Assembly (NCBI GenBank): GCA_020356025.1
Contig: CP070630.1
Coordinates: 1,729,027-1,793,026, forward strand
From: Dehalococcoidia bacterium
Lineage (GTDB): Bacteria > Chloroflexota > Dehalococcoidia > SM23-28-2
Length of the DNA: 64,000 nucleotides
Reading direction: 5' to 3'
Numbering within the stretch: the stretch's first letter is position 1; each line of letters begins with the position of its first letter. A program made the translations under genes and the position numbers. Under the pieces are notes generated by a model, which was not told the DNA's origin, did no database searches, and was given only the letters and a program-made list of their open reading frames with translations. Below are positions 30,613 to 40,123 of the stretch, piece by piece.

Positions 30613-32067
30613 TTAGGCCCCGCCTTCGTCCGCGATGCCCGCCAGCTGCTTGGCCAGGTCGATCTTCTCGGCCAGATTGGCCTGTCGGAACATAGCTATC
30701 CGCTGCGCCTGAGGCGAGCCAGCCCCATGCATGCACTCCACCAGAGCAGAGCAGCTCGTCATGTTCTCGATCAGACGGGCCACTCGAATCCTGGTCTCGG
30801 CAGGGAAGTCAGCGGCGCCCTGGAAGTACTTCTGTACGTACGGCCCCACTACAGGATGTCGCAGGTCTTTCTCCGAGGGCAGAGTGCCCAGGAGGCCGCC
30901 CGCTATGTCATGAGCCAGGCGGCCTATCTCATAAGTGAACCTGGTGGTGTTCAGCTTGACGGTGTTGGCCAGGAGGGGATTCACGTAGCAGCCGCCGGAG
31001 GGCGTCACCTGCCCCTCGGCGGAGCAAGCCAGGGAGCAGTTGAAGAGGGTCTCAGTGAGGTGCACCATCTCCACCAACTTGTCGCGAATGTGGGCGGCCT
31101 CGGCCACCCCATTGCAGCGGGCGATGAGAGCGGCCGCCCCGATGAGCACGTCGGCCACGCCGCCCTTGCATGCCCCGTAGTTCTGGCGGTGATAGGACGA
31201 GAACGTTTCTACCAGAGGCAACGCAAACTCATACTCCCCGCACATGAACACCCGCTCCCAGGGCACGAAGACATCCTCAAACACGATCATCGCCTCGCCG
31301 CCCACAAAGCCGAAGCGAGCGTTGCCCTGGTCTATCTCCCCTCCTAATTTCCGCTCATCGTTGGTCTGCCGCCCGAAGATGAATGTCAGCCCCGGCGTAT
31401 CAGCGGGCACAGCGAAAGAGACGGCATAATCGCCGTCTTGCTCCCGCATGGCAGTGGTGGGCATAACCACTAGCTCATGGGAGTTGATGCCGCCCGTCTG
31501 GTGCTGCTTGGCCCCGCGCACGACGATCCCGTCCTTCCGGCGCTCCACCACCCGCAGGTAGACGTCTGGATCCTCCTGCTCGCTGGGGCGCAGGGCACGG
31601 TTGCCTTTGGCGTCGGTCATCGCCCCATCGCACATGACATCGGTTTCCTGAACGTAGGCCACGAAGTCTCGCAGACGGCTGTGATATTCGGTGCCATGCT
31701 CTTGATCAATCAGGTAGCTGACGATGTAGATGGCGTTCAAGGCATCGAAGCCCACACACCTCTGGAAGCAGGCGCCCGTCTGCTGTCCTAGAAGCCTCAG
31801 CATTTTCACCTTGCGCACCAGGTCATCAGGGCTCTGGTGGATATGGTTGAAGCGGTTGATTCTCCTTCCGCTGAGATGCGACGTGGCGCTGACAAGCTCC
31901 TCGTGGCGGGGATCATGGGCGAGCTCATAGGTCATGGCCGCCGCGTTTACGTGCGGCCTGGTCAGCGGATGGTCCACCACGTCCTCGATCTTCTCTCCGA
32001 AGGCATAGACCGCGCGCCTCAGCTTGCGCAGGCTTTCCCGGTATTCGTCTGCCGTCATCATCGCCAC
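30613..32067 (-). CDS. HpaB/AbfD superfamily enzyme (4-hydroxyphenylacetate 3-hydroxylase or 4-hydroxybutyryl-CoA dehydratase family)
   Basis: N-terminal ADEYRESLRKLRRAVYAFGEKIEDVVDHPLTRP. TGACFQRCVGFDALN (Cys pair as in AbfD Fe-S ligands). Confidence 0.65.
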   Translation of the reverse strand: MAMMTADEYRESLRKLRRAVYAFGEKIEDVVDHPLTRPHVNAAAMTYELAHDPRHEELVSATSHLSGRRINRFNHIHQSPDDLVRKVKMLRLLGQQTGACFQRCVGFDALNAIYIVSYLIDQEHGTEYHSRLRDFVAYVQETDVMCDGAMTDAKGNRALRPSEQEDPDVYLRVVERRKDGIVVRGAKQHQTGGINSHELVVMPTTAMREQDGDYAVSFAVPADTPGLTFIFGRQTNDERKLGGEIDQGNARFGFVGGEAMIVFEDVFVPWERVFMCGEYEFALPLVETFSSYHRQNYGACKGGVADVLIGAAALIARCNGVAEAAHIRDKLVEMVHLTETLFNCSLACSAEGQVTPSGGCYVNPLLANTVKLNTTRFTYEIGRLAHDIAGGLLGTLPSEKDLRHPVVGPYVQKYFQGAADFPAETRIRVARLIENMTSCSALVECMHGAGSPQAQRIAMFRQANLAEKIDLAKQLAGIADEGGA

Positions 32068-32268
32068 ACCTCTCAGTCTGATGCCTATCTCGCGCTGCGA
32101 CCTCTGCCTCCGGCTTGTACTCTCTCACTTCATTCTAATCCCCGAAACTTAAGCTATGTCAAACGAGAGCCTTCTTGACAACGGAGCCTTGGTCAGAGAC
32201 GATCTCGCCAGTGTTGCCAGCCTGGCTCACCCGATCGGCATCGATGCCACCAGTGGAGACCGCAAACG

Positions 32269-33510
32269 ATGAGCAAGATAGCATCCGCCCTCAGACAATT
32301 GCCCCTGCTGCGCGTAGCTTTGCCGATCATCACGGCTTTTGCCCTGGCAGCCCTACTAGCGCTTGGCTGCGGCGGCGGACAAGACGAGGGCCCATCTGTC
32401 ACCGCCACCATCAGCCCCACCACTCCCGTTGCCACCGCCACCCCCGTTGCCACCGCCGTCCCCACTGTTGCCCCCCAGGATCTGACCGAACGCGGCCCCT
32501 TCGCGGTGGGCGTGTCAACCCTGACTCTCGTGGACAAGTCGCGGCCCACCGACGCCAACGGCTCCTATCCCGGCGCCGACACCCGCACTCTGGTCACCGA
32601 GGTGTGGTACCCGGCGGAGGGCAGAACGCAGCCGGTTGAGATTCGCGATGCCCCTCTGGACTCTTCGCAGGCACCCTACCCTCTGATCGTCTTCAGCCAT
32701 GGCTACACGGGCGTCCGCCGACAGTCGGTTTCCTCCACAACTCATCTGGCCAGTCACGGCTATATCGTCATCTCGCCTGACTACCCGCTGAGCAACGGCT
32801 CAGCACCCGGCGGCCCAAGGTCGGGCGATGTCCTCAACCAGCCCGGTGACGTGAGCTTCCTGATCGATAGCTTCCTGAGTTTCGCCGATGAGCCGGGCAA
32901 TCAATTCGAGGGCGCCATAGACGAAACAGCCATCGGCCTCACTGGTCACTCCCTGGGCGGACTGACGACGATACTGGCCACTTTCGGCCCCCTGGCCGAC
33001 CCCCGCGTCGAAGCGGCCCTGCCTCTTGCCGCACCGGCGTGTTTGGTCGGCAGCCGCACCTACGAGGACTCTGACACCCCTCTTCTCGTCGTCGGCGGCA
33101 GCGATGACCAGTTGGTGGCCTTCGAGAGCGTTCGTCAGGCTTACGACGCCGCCAGCCCACCGAAGTACCTGCTGACGCTTCTGGGCGGCAACCACTTGCG
33201 GTTTGCCGACGCCGATTTGGAGGACTTTCCCCCAGGCACACTGGCGAGCGCTGGCGGAGAGACCTTCCTCAAGGATGGCGCACGAATCATGCAAGCGACT
33301 CGTGCCGACCCCGCCGCTTGCCCGGAGGCTGAAGCCTCTACCCAGGATCTGCCCGGAGAGCGTCAGCGCGAGCTAGTCCGCCTCTTCGGTACCGCCTTCT
33401 TCGACTACTATCTGAAGGGAGACGAAGGCACCAGCCACGTCCTGACCACAGAGTTCGCCCAGACCATCCCCGAAGCGGAACTGGATCTCGAGCAGGCCCC
33501 CACCGAGTGA
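32269..33510 (+). CDS. Secreted alpha/beta-hydrolase lipoprotein (lipase or PAF-acetylhydrolase-like)
   Basis: Signal plus lipobox LLALGCGGG. Pro/Thr/Val-rich linker. Nucleophile elbow GLTGHSLGG. Confidence 0.7.
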   Translation: MSKIASALRQLPLLRVALPIITAFALAALLALGCGGGQDEGPSVTATISPTTPVATATPVATAVPTVAPQDLTERGPFAVGVSTLTLVDKSRPTDANGSYPGADTRTLVTEVWYPAEGRTQPVEIRDAPLDSSQAPYPLIVFSHGYTGVRRQSVSSTTHLASHGYIVISPDYPLSNGSAPGGPRSGDVLNQPGDVSFLIDSFLSFADEPGNQFEGAIDETAIGLTGHSLGGLTTILATFGPLADPRVEAALPLAAPACLVGSRTYEDSDTPLLVVGGSDDQLVAFESVRQAYDAASPPKYLLTLLGGNHLRFADADLEDFPPGTLASAGGETFLKDGARIMQATRADPAACPEAEASTQDLPGERQRELVRLFGTAFFDYYLKGDEGTSHVLTTEFAQTIPEAELDLEQAPTE

Positions 33511-33535
33511 CAACGGCCGTCGCTTTCCCTCCCCA

Positions 33536-34423
33536 CTACTGCACTTGGACGCCGGCCAGCTTCTCCAGGGCTTTCACCAGGCTCTGGATGCCCTCGCCGC
33601 CCAGGCCATCGGCCTCCACGGCGGCGAATAGCTGGTGCACCAGACCCGTGCCCGGCAGCGGCAGCGATCGCTTGTCCGCCTCCTCCAGCGCCAGCCGCAG
33701 GTCCTTCTGCTGGTGGGCTACCTTGAAGCCGGGAGCAAAGTCGCGCTCCACCACCTTGGGCGCCAGGTTCTGAATCGCCCAGGAAGTGCAGGCACCCCCG
33801 CTCACCGCCTCGATCATCGTCCTCGGATTCACCCCCGCTTTGGCGGCGAAGACGAGCGCCTCGCACATGGCCAGGTTGTTCAGCCCGCCGACGATCTGGT
33901 TGCATAGCTTGACCGTCTGGCCAGCGCCGCTGGGCCCGCAGTAGGTGATCGTACGACCCATCGCCTCCAGGATGGGACGACAGCGCGCCAGCGTCGCCTC
34001 TGATCCGCCCACCATGATCGAGAGTGTCCCAGCGATGGCGCCCTTGTCGCCGCCGCTGACCGGCGCATCGAGCATCTCGACGCCGGCTTCGCCCAACCGC
34101 TCGGCGATGCGGCGGGTCACCTCCGGCGAGATGGTGGACATGTCGATCATAACCAGCCCTGGCCGCCCCGCCTCGATGATACCGTCGGGGCCGAGGGCCA
34201 CCTGCTCTACGTCCGCCGAGTCGGATACCATGGTTATGACAACGTCGGAGCGCTCAGCCACCTCTCGCGAGCAGGAGGCGTCGGCCGCTCCCGCCCCCAC
34301 CAGTTCGTCGATCCCTGGCCGGCTGCGATTCCACACCGTGAGGAGATAGCCGGCCTTCAGGAGATTACGCGCCATCGGCCGCCCCATGATGCCCAGACCA
34401 ATGAAACCGATGCGTTCTGTCAT
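33536..34423 (-). CDS. NAD(P)-dependent 3-hydroxyisobutyrate / tartronate-semialdehyde reductase family dehydrogenase
   Basis: MTERIGFIGLGIMGRPMARNLLKAGY (Rossmann), HIBADH-type catalytic region. Confidence 0.85.
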   Translation of the reverse strand: MTERIGFIGLGIMGRPMARNLLKAGYLLTVWNRSRPGIDELVGAGAADASCSREVAERSDVVITMVSDSADVEQVALGPDGIIEAGRPGLVMIDMSTISPEVTRRIAERLGEAGVEMLDAPVSGGDKGAIAGTLSIMVGGSEATLARCRPILEAMGRTITYCGPSGAGQTVKLCNQIVGGLNNLAMCEALVFAAKAGVNPRTMIEAVSGGACTSWAIQNLAPKVVERDFAPGFKVAHQQKDLRLALEEADKRSLPLPGTGLVHQLFAAVEADGLGGEGIQSLVKALEKLAGVQVQ

Positions 34424-34485
34424 GGCTTCCTCCTGCAGACGTCAGCTCTGAGAGTGGCCGTAGGTAGCCCTTACCAGCACCGGCC

Positions 34486-35316
34486 CTAGTGCATCACTAT
34501 CCCGCCGTCGACGTTGATGGCCTGGCCGGTCATGTAGTCCGACTGGTCGGAGGCCAGGAAGGCCACCAGGTTGGCTACGTCGTCGGTCGTCTCCAGCTTG
34601 CCCAGGGGGATCTTCTCGATCTCCTCATTGACGATCTCGTCGTAGGACACGCCCCGGAAGTTCGCCTCCAGCTCCCAGCCCCATCGCTGAAGCTCGGTGT
34701 CTACCTGTCCCGGGCAGACGGCGTTCACCTGGATCCCGCTCGCCGCCAGCTCGAAAGCCAGGACCCTCGTCAAGCCCAGAACGGCCGCCTTGGCCGCGCA
34801 GTAGGCCGCCAGCGCCGGAGCACGCCCCTTGCCGGCGATGGAGGAGATGTTGATGATCTTCCCCCCTTCCCGGCGGGCGATCATCGTCCGCGCCACCCGC
34901 TGCGAGCAGAGGAATGTCCCTGTGGCGTTGATGGCCAGTGTTTTGTTCCAGGCCGCCTCCTCAATCCACAGCACGGGCATCGGGCCCACGACGCCACCGG
35001 CGTTGTTCACCAGAATGTCGATGTGGCCGAAGGCGTCCATGGTCTGGGCCACCATCTCGTCCACCGCCTGGCTGTCCGTCACGTCCACCTTCAGCGGCAG
35101 TCCGCGCACGCCCAGCGCGCTGATTTCGTCAGCCGTGCTCTTCAGGCCATCCCACATGCCCAGGCCGTAGTCCGGGAACTCCTCGAACTCACGGCAGATG
35201 TCGGCCACCGCCACGTCGGCCCCCTCCCGCGCCAGCCTGAGCGCTATGGCCCGACCGATGCCCAGCTTGCGGCCGGCCCCCGTAACGATAGCTACCTTTC
35301 CCTTCAGGTCATACAT
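34486..35316 (-). CDS. Short-chain dehydrogenase/reductase (SDR)
   Basis: KGKVAIVTGAGRKLGIGRAIALRLA (TGxxxGxG), NNAG, YxxxK motifs. Confidence 0.85.
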   Translation of the reverse strand: MYDLKGKVAIVTGAGRKLGIGRAIALRLAREGADVAVADICREFEEFPDYGLGMWDGLKSTADEISALGVRGLPLKVDVTDSQAVDEMVAQTMDAFGHIDILVNNAGGVVGPMPVLWIEEAAWNKTLAINATGTFLCSQRVARTMIARREGGKIINISSIAGKGRAPALAAYCAAKAAVLGLTRVLAFELAASGIQVNAVCPGQVDTELQRWGWELEANFRGVSYDEIVNEEIEKIPLGKLETTDDVANLVAFLASDQSDYMTGQAINVDGGIVMH

Positions 35317-35394
35317 CCTCGCACCCCCATTGCACTCGAAGAAGCCACAGTATCGTTGCGACTATAGGAAGGAACCCGCCGCCAGTCAAGCGCC

Positions 35395-36432
35395 TTGGTT
35401 GACACTCCTTCCTGCCTGATACATGATTTGACCGTGCCAGATGAATCACGCCCCGATCCCGTGCTCAGAGCCGTGGGCAGTTGGCAGCCGGCGCGAGTGC
35501 TGATGACGGCCAACCGGCTGGGGGTCTTCGCTGTCCTCGGCGAGGAGGCTCTGCCCGCCGAGGAGGTTGCCCAGAGGTGTCAGGCCCACCCCCGCTCCAC
35601 CGCCCTTCTCCTTAACGCCTGCGTGGCCCTCGGCTTCCTGCGCAAGGACGGCGACCGCTACGCCAACTCGCCCGAAGCGCTGGAGACCCTCATCCCGGGC
35701 AAGCCGACCTACATTGGCGATCGCATCAAGCACGACGAGTGGCTGTACGACATCTGGGCACACTTGGAGCGGGCGGTCCGCACCAACCGGCCCGTTCGCG
35801 ATCTGGCCCAGCCACGCTCTGGAGCCGAGACTTGGAGGGAGTTCTCGCTGGCCATGCACAATCTGGCGATGCGCACCGGCCCCCTCCTGGCAGATACCCT
35901 TGACTTGTCCGGCAGGCGCCAGCTATTGGATTGCGGCGGCGGGGTCGGCACCCACGCCATGTTCCTGGTGCAACGATACCCTGGCCTGCGGGCAATCGTC
36001 TTCGATCTCCCGGAGACCATCGAGCTGGCCAAGGAAATCATCGAGCAGTCAGGTCTAGCGGATAGAATCACCGCCCGCGGCGGCAACTACTTCGCGGACG
36101 ACCTCGGCCAGAGTCACGATGTGGTGCTCCTATCGTCGGTTCTCCACTCGATGCCGCCGGAGGCTTGCCGCGCACTCCTGGAGAAGTGCCACCGCTCGCT
36201 TGTCAGCGGCGGCTGGATCGTCGTGCACGAGATCCTCATCGACCCCGATGGCACATCTCCGCCGCGAGCCGCCCTCTTCTCACTCAACATGCTGGTGAAC
36301 ACGGGTGAGGGGCGCTCCTACTCAGGGGAAGAGATCATGCGCCTCATGAAAGAGACTGGTTTCGCACCTCTGGAGGTCAAGGCGTTGCCGTCGCCCGCCT
36401 ACACCTCTTTGGTCATTGGCGAAAAGCCCTAG
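35395..36432 (+). CDS. Class I SAM-dependent O-methyltransferase (dimerisation plus Methyltransf_2 type)
   Basis: LLDCGGGVGTHAMFLVQRYPGLRAIVFDLPE motif I/II typical of small-molecule O-MTs. Confidence 0.75.
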   Translation: MVDTPSCLIHDLTVPDESRPDPVLRAVGSWQPARVLMTANRLGVFAVLGEEALPAEEVAQRCQAHPRSTALLLNACVALGFLRKDGDRYANSPEALETLIPGKPTYIGDRIKHDEWLYDIWAHLERAVRTNRPVRDLAQPRSGAETWREFSLAMHNLAMRTGPLLADTLDLSGRRQLLDCGGGVGTHAMFLVQRYPGLRAIVFDLPETIELAKEIIEQSGLADRITARGGNYFADDLGQSHDVVLLSSVLHSMPPEACRALLEKCHRSLVSGGWIVVHEILIDPDGTSPPRAALFSLNMLVNTGEGRSYSGEEIMRLMKETGFAPLEVKALPSPAYTSLVIGEKP

Positions 36433-36452
36433 GCCATACGCCCAGCGCCACG

Positions 36453-37370
36453 CTACTCGACGAAGCCGTTCTCCCGCAGCCACTCCCCGGCCACGTCGTC
36501 CGGATCCTCCTTGTCCACCTGCACCTTCATGTTCAGACCCGTGAGACCCTCCGTGGTGATCTTGGCCGACACGCTGTTCAGCACGTTCACCAGGTCCTCG
36601 TCGTACGCGTCCAGAACGTCCATCCGGATGGCCGGCGATATGTTTTCGGCAGGCTGAAGCCCCTTGTCGTCCTCCAGCAGCACGAAGCCCTTGGCAGCAA
36701 TCTGAGCATCGGTGCTGAACAGCAGCGCAAGGTCGATCGCGCCCTCCTCCAGGGCGGTCACTCGCGGGCCGAAGTCGAGCGGAGTGAACTCCCCGAACTC
36801 GATGCCGTACACTTCCTCGAGCCCGATAAGGCAGAACTGGCGCTCCGGGCACTCAGGCGGGCCCGCGAAGTGGAGCTCTGACGCCACAGGCTCCAGGTCG
36901 CTCACCTTCTCCAGATCGTACTTGTCGGCCGTCTCCTTGCTCGCGACGATGGCGTTCGTGTCCTGGGCAGGGGCAATGTCCAGCAGCGTGACGCCTGAGG
37001 CCTCGAACAGTGCCTTAGCCTCGGCCTGATTCTCCGCCCCGTCCGAAGTTGGCTCGCCGCCCAGGAAAGTCAACAACGTCCCCACATATTCCGGGACGAG
37101 ATCGAGCTCCCCGGCCTCAAGCGCCGGCTTGATGATCTCCCTCGGGCTGCCGGGCAGGATGTTACCAGTGCTCACTGAGTAGCCCTCGGCCTCAAGCGCC
37201 TGGGCGTAAATGTTGGCCAGGATGTGGCTCTCACTGAAGTCGAAGGCGCCCACACGGATGGTAGGCCCTTCCCTTCCACCGTCCTCGCCGTCGTCACCAC
37301 AAGCGACAGCGACGAGAGCCATCGAGAATAGGGCTGCCAGGATGGCCAACGCGCGCAGTACTTTCTGCAT
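36453..37370 (-). CDS. Glycine betaine/choline-type ABC transporter substrate-binding lipoprotein (OpuAC/OpuCC family)
   Basis: MQKVLRALAILAALFSMALVAVACGDDGEDGG signal/lipobox. OpuAC-like body. First gene position of a 4-gene transporter operon on - strand. Confidence 0.75.
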   Translation of the reverse strand: MQKVLRALAILAALFSMALVAVACGDDGEDGGREGPTIRVGAFDFSESHILANIYAQALEAEGYSVSTGNILPGSPREIIKPALEAGELDLVPEYVGTLLTFLGGEPTSDGAENQAEAKALFEASGVTLLDIAPAQDTNAIVASKETADKYDLEKVSDLEPVASELHFAGPPECPERQFCLIGLEEVYGIEFGEFTPLDFGPRVTALEEGAIDLALLFSTDAQIAAKGFVLLEDDKGLQPAENISPAIRMDVLDAYDEDLVNVLNSVSAKITTEGLTGLNMKVQVDKEDPDDVAGEWLRENGFVE

Positions 37371-37435
37371 CGGTCGTGCCCCTCCTTTCCGGATCGGCTC
37401 TGTTCCTTCTTCGGGCAATTCCCAACGTCGTCCGT

Positions 37436-38149
37436 TCATGCCGGACGCTCCATTCTCGCAGGCGGACGGTGGCCGCGCAACCCGCCAGCTGCAAACAGAA
37501 TCCGCTCCGTTACGCCGAATGCGACGTCTGTCAAGATAGCCAAAGCGGCCACGAGGAGCGCCCCAGCGAACACCCGCACGTTGTCCTGGACCGAGAACCC
37601 GTCGATGATGTAGCGTCCCAGGCCACCCCAGCCCACGAGCGCCCCCAGCGTCGCAGTCGCGACCACCTGCACGGCAGCCACCCGGATACCCGTGAGTATC
37701 AGAGGCCCTCCCAGCGGCAGTTCTATGCCGAGCAGCACCTCTCGTTCCCGCATCCCCATCCCGCGCGCTGCCTCCACCACCTCAGCGCCCACGCTTCGCA
37801 CCGCCGTGAAGGAGTTTGTGAAGATTGGCGGAAGAGCGAGAAGGACCAGCGCCAGGAACGTGGGCCAGAAGCCGATGCCCAAACCCGCCCGAATAGAGAA
37901 TGGCAGCGCCAGCGCTATGATGGCGAAGGACGGGATTGCCCGCCCGATGTTCACCACCGACACCGCGATCAAGCCGCCCCGGCCGCTGTGCCCCAGGAGC
38001 ACGCCCGAAGGCACGGCCACGGCTGCAGCCACCGCGGTCGCCATGGCTGAAAGCCGCATGTGCTCCAGCGTTCGGTTGGGAATACCTGTCGACCCCTGCC
38101 AGTTGTCCGGGTCAATGAACCAGGCGAGCACATCGGCGAGTAGATCCAT
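37436..38149 (-). CDS. ABC transporter permease (OpuCB/OpuCD-type, BPD inner-membrane component)
   Basis: Five or six TM helices, ABC permease EAA-like loop. 4-nt overlaps with neighbours. Confidence 0.8.
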   Translation of the reverse strand: MDLLADVLAWFIDPDNWQGSTGIPNRTLEHMRLSAMATAVAAAVAVPSGVLLGHSGRGGLIAVSVVNIGRAIPSFAIIALALPFSIRAGLGIGFWPTFLALVLLALPPIFTNSFTAVRSVGAEVVEAARGMGMREREVLLGIELPLGGPLILTGIRVAAVQVVATATLGALVGWGGLGRYIIDGFSVQDNVRVFAGALLVAALAILTDVAFGVTERILFAAGGLRGHRPPARMERPA

Positions 38150-38829
38150 CAGCTCACCGTCCTTGCTCGCGACCAGGGCGAGAGCAGCCGCTCCAAGCCC
38201 GCCAACGTCACGTCGATAACGACGGCCAGCGCCACCGAGAGCACTGACCCGACGATGAGCGGCGTATAGAAGTCACGCCGCAGCCCGTCCAGAATGAACA
38301 GCCCCAGGCCGCCCTGCCCGATGATCGAGGTGACGGTGACAAGACCAACCACCGTGACGGTGGCGATACGTAAGCCCGCTACGATGACCGGAAGGGCCAG
38401 CGGCAACTCGATCTCCACGAAAAGGCGCGCACGGCTGTAGCCCATCCCGACCGCCGCCTCCCGGACCGCCGGCGACACGCCGTCGATGCCGGCCACGATA
38501 TTGCGCACCAGGATGAGGAGCGTATAGCTCACCAGCCCGATCTCAGCCGTGAGCGTGCTCAGGCCCGTATAGGGAACCAGGAAAGCAAACAGCGCTAAGC
38601 TCGGAATAGTGTAGAGGACGCCCGTCACCCAGGTGACGGGACCGTAAGTACGCCGGAACCGCAGGGCCACTATCGAAAGCCCCATGGCTATGGCGAACCC
38701 TATGCCTACGGCGATGCCCGTGAGGATGAAATGTTCGACCGTTTGAGTGCGGATCTCGTCCAAGTGGTCCCATATCCAACCCCAGCGGATGAGGGGCTCA
38801 GTGGCGAGAAACGTACGCTGTGGCATCAC
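38149..38829 (-). CDS. ABC transporter permease (OpuCB/OpuCD-type)
   Basis: Paralog of the adjacent permease. Overlapping start/stop. Confidence 0.8.
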   Translation of the reverse strand: MMPQRTFLATEPLIRWGWIWDHLDEIRTQTVEHFILTGIAVGIGFAIAMGLSIVALRFRRTYGPVTWVTGVLYTIPSLALFAFLVPYTGLSTLTAEIGLVSYTLLILVRNIVAGIDGVSPAVREAAVGMGYSRARLFVEIELPLALPVIVAGLRIATVTVVGLVTVTSIIGQGGLGLFILDGLRRDFYTPLIVGSVLSVALAVVIDVTLAGLERLLSPWSRARTVS

Positions 38830-39929
38830 GGGACAAGGTTCTCCGAGATGCGGTTGAGGGTGAGCATGCCAGCGTAACGCTCGCCGTCGTAGACCACCGC
38901 CACCTGGTTATGAGAGGTCACGATAGCATCCAGCGCCTCCCGCAACGTGTTGTCTGCGGTTACGCGCACCAAGAACGGCCGGCCGGCAAGGTCGCCCATC
39001 TTTCGCCCTGGCTCAAGCTCAGACTCCCACACCCATCCCTGCAGTTTCCCATCGCGAACGATTGCCACCCAGTTCACGCCCTCGCGCGCCATCACCTCCT
39101 TCGCCTCGGCAGAGCCGGCGTCTGACGACACCGTCGGCCCGTCCTCCAGCGACACGTCTCGAACAGCAATCAGAGAAAGCCGCCGCAGCCCTCGTTCCTG
39201 GCCGAGGAACTCCTCAACGAAAGCGTTGGCTGGTTCCCTCAGCACTTCTTCGGGCGACGCGTATTGTCGCAACGCGCCACCCACGTCCAGGATGGCAACC
39301 TGATCGCCAAGTTTGATCGCCTCGTCTATGTCGTGGGTCACGAAGACGATCGTCTTCTGAAGCTGCGCTTGCAGCGAGCGCAGCTCCTCCTGCAGACGCA
39401 CCCGAACGATCGGGTCCACCGCCGCGAAAGGCTCGTCCATCAGCAGCACCGGCGGGTCCGCCGCCAGCGCCCGGGCTACCCCCACCCGCTGCTGCTGGCC
39501 ACCGGAGAGCTCGGCGGGGTAGCGGTCGTACATCTCCGACTCCAATCCAACCATCTCAACCAGCTCGTCGACGCGCTTCCTCGTGCGACGCCGATCCCAT
39601 CCCAGCAGTTTGGGCACAGTGGCGATGTTCTCGGCCACCGTGCGGTGAGGAAAGAGTCCCACCTGCTGGATGACATAGCCGATGCCTCGGCGCAGCGCAT
39701 GGGGATCCATCCCCTGGATGTCGCGGCCTCCCACCTCGATCCGCCCGGAGGTGGGCTCGATGATCCGATTGATCATCTTGAGGATCGTCGTCTTCCCACA
39801 ACCTGATGGCCCGACGAGAGCCGTCACCTGCCCCGCGGACATCTCCATAGAGAGATCCTCCACCGCGGGAGCGGATGCGCCGGCATACCGCTTGGTGACG
39901 TGATCGAGTCGAATGCTCGCTTCGCTCAT
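38826..39929 (-). CDS. Osmoprotectant ABC transporter ATP-binding protein with C-terminal tandem CBS domains (OpuCA/ProV type)
   Basis: Walker [24 protein letters not shown], Walker B LLMDEPFAAVD. C-terminal CBS pair. Confidence 0.85.
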   Translation of the reverse strand: MSEASIRLDHVTKRYAGASAPAVEDLSMEMSAGQVTALVGPSGCGKTTILKMINRIIEPTSGRIEVGGRDIQGMDPHALRRGIGYVIQQVGLFPHRTVAENIATVPKLLGWDRRRTRKRVDELVEMVGLESEMYDRYPAELSGGQQQRVGVARALAADPPVLLMDEPFAAVDPIVRVRLQEELRSLQAQLQKTIVFVTHDIDEAIKLGDQVAILDVGGALRQYASPEEVLREPANAFVEEFLGQERGLRRLSLIAVRDVSLEDGPTVSSDAGSAEAKEVMAREGVNWVAIVRDGKLQGWVWESELEPGRKMGDLAGRPFLVRVTADNTLREALDAIVTSHNQVAVVYDGERYAGMLTLNRISENLVP

Positions 39930-39933
39930 CTGG

Positions 39934-39956
39934 CTGTCCCGGCGTGCCGACGTGGC
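39934..39956. promoter_or_regulatory. Perfect 8-bp inverted repeat GTGCCGAC-N7-GTCGGCAC abutting the opuCA start codon
   Basis: Located 5-27 nt upstream of the - strand ATG (39929). Could be a 5'-UTR hairpin or operator. Confidence 0.3.
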
Positions 39957-40045
39957 AAGTCGGCACCATCGCTCACTTAAGCTAAGCCCCAGTATGCCAG
40001 GTCTGACCGTCGACGACCAGGGCGTGAGCGCCTATCTGATCGAAG

Positions 40046-40054
40046 TGATATAAT
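40046..40054 (+). promoter_or_regulatory. Extended -10 promoter element TGaTATAAT upstream of the AGPS-like operon
   Basis: gTGaTATAAT matches the TGnTATAAT consensus exactly, about 70 nt upstream of ATG 40124. No good -35, as expected for extended -10 promoters. Confidence 0.5.
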
Positions 40055-40123
40055 TCAGCGCGGCGGCGGTCGGCCTCGCTACCATGCAAGTGGCGAGACC
40101 GCCGCCTCAGACAAGGCTAGTCG

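Noticed and set aside
32175-32203. TTGACA hexamer upstream of the alpha/beta-hydrolase gene as a sigma70 promoter
   Set aside because: No acceptable -10 (GACGAT) at 17-bp spacing. Left as unsupported.
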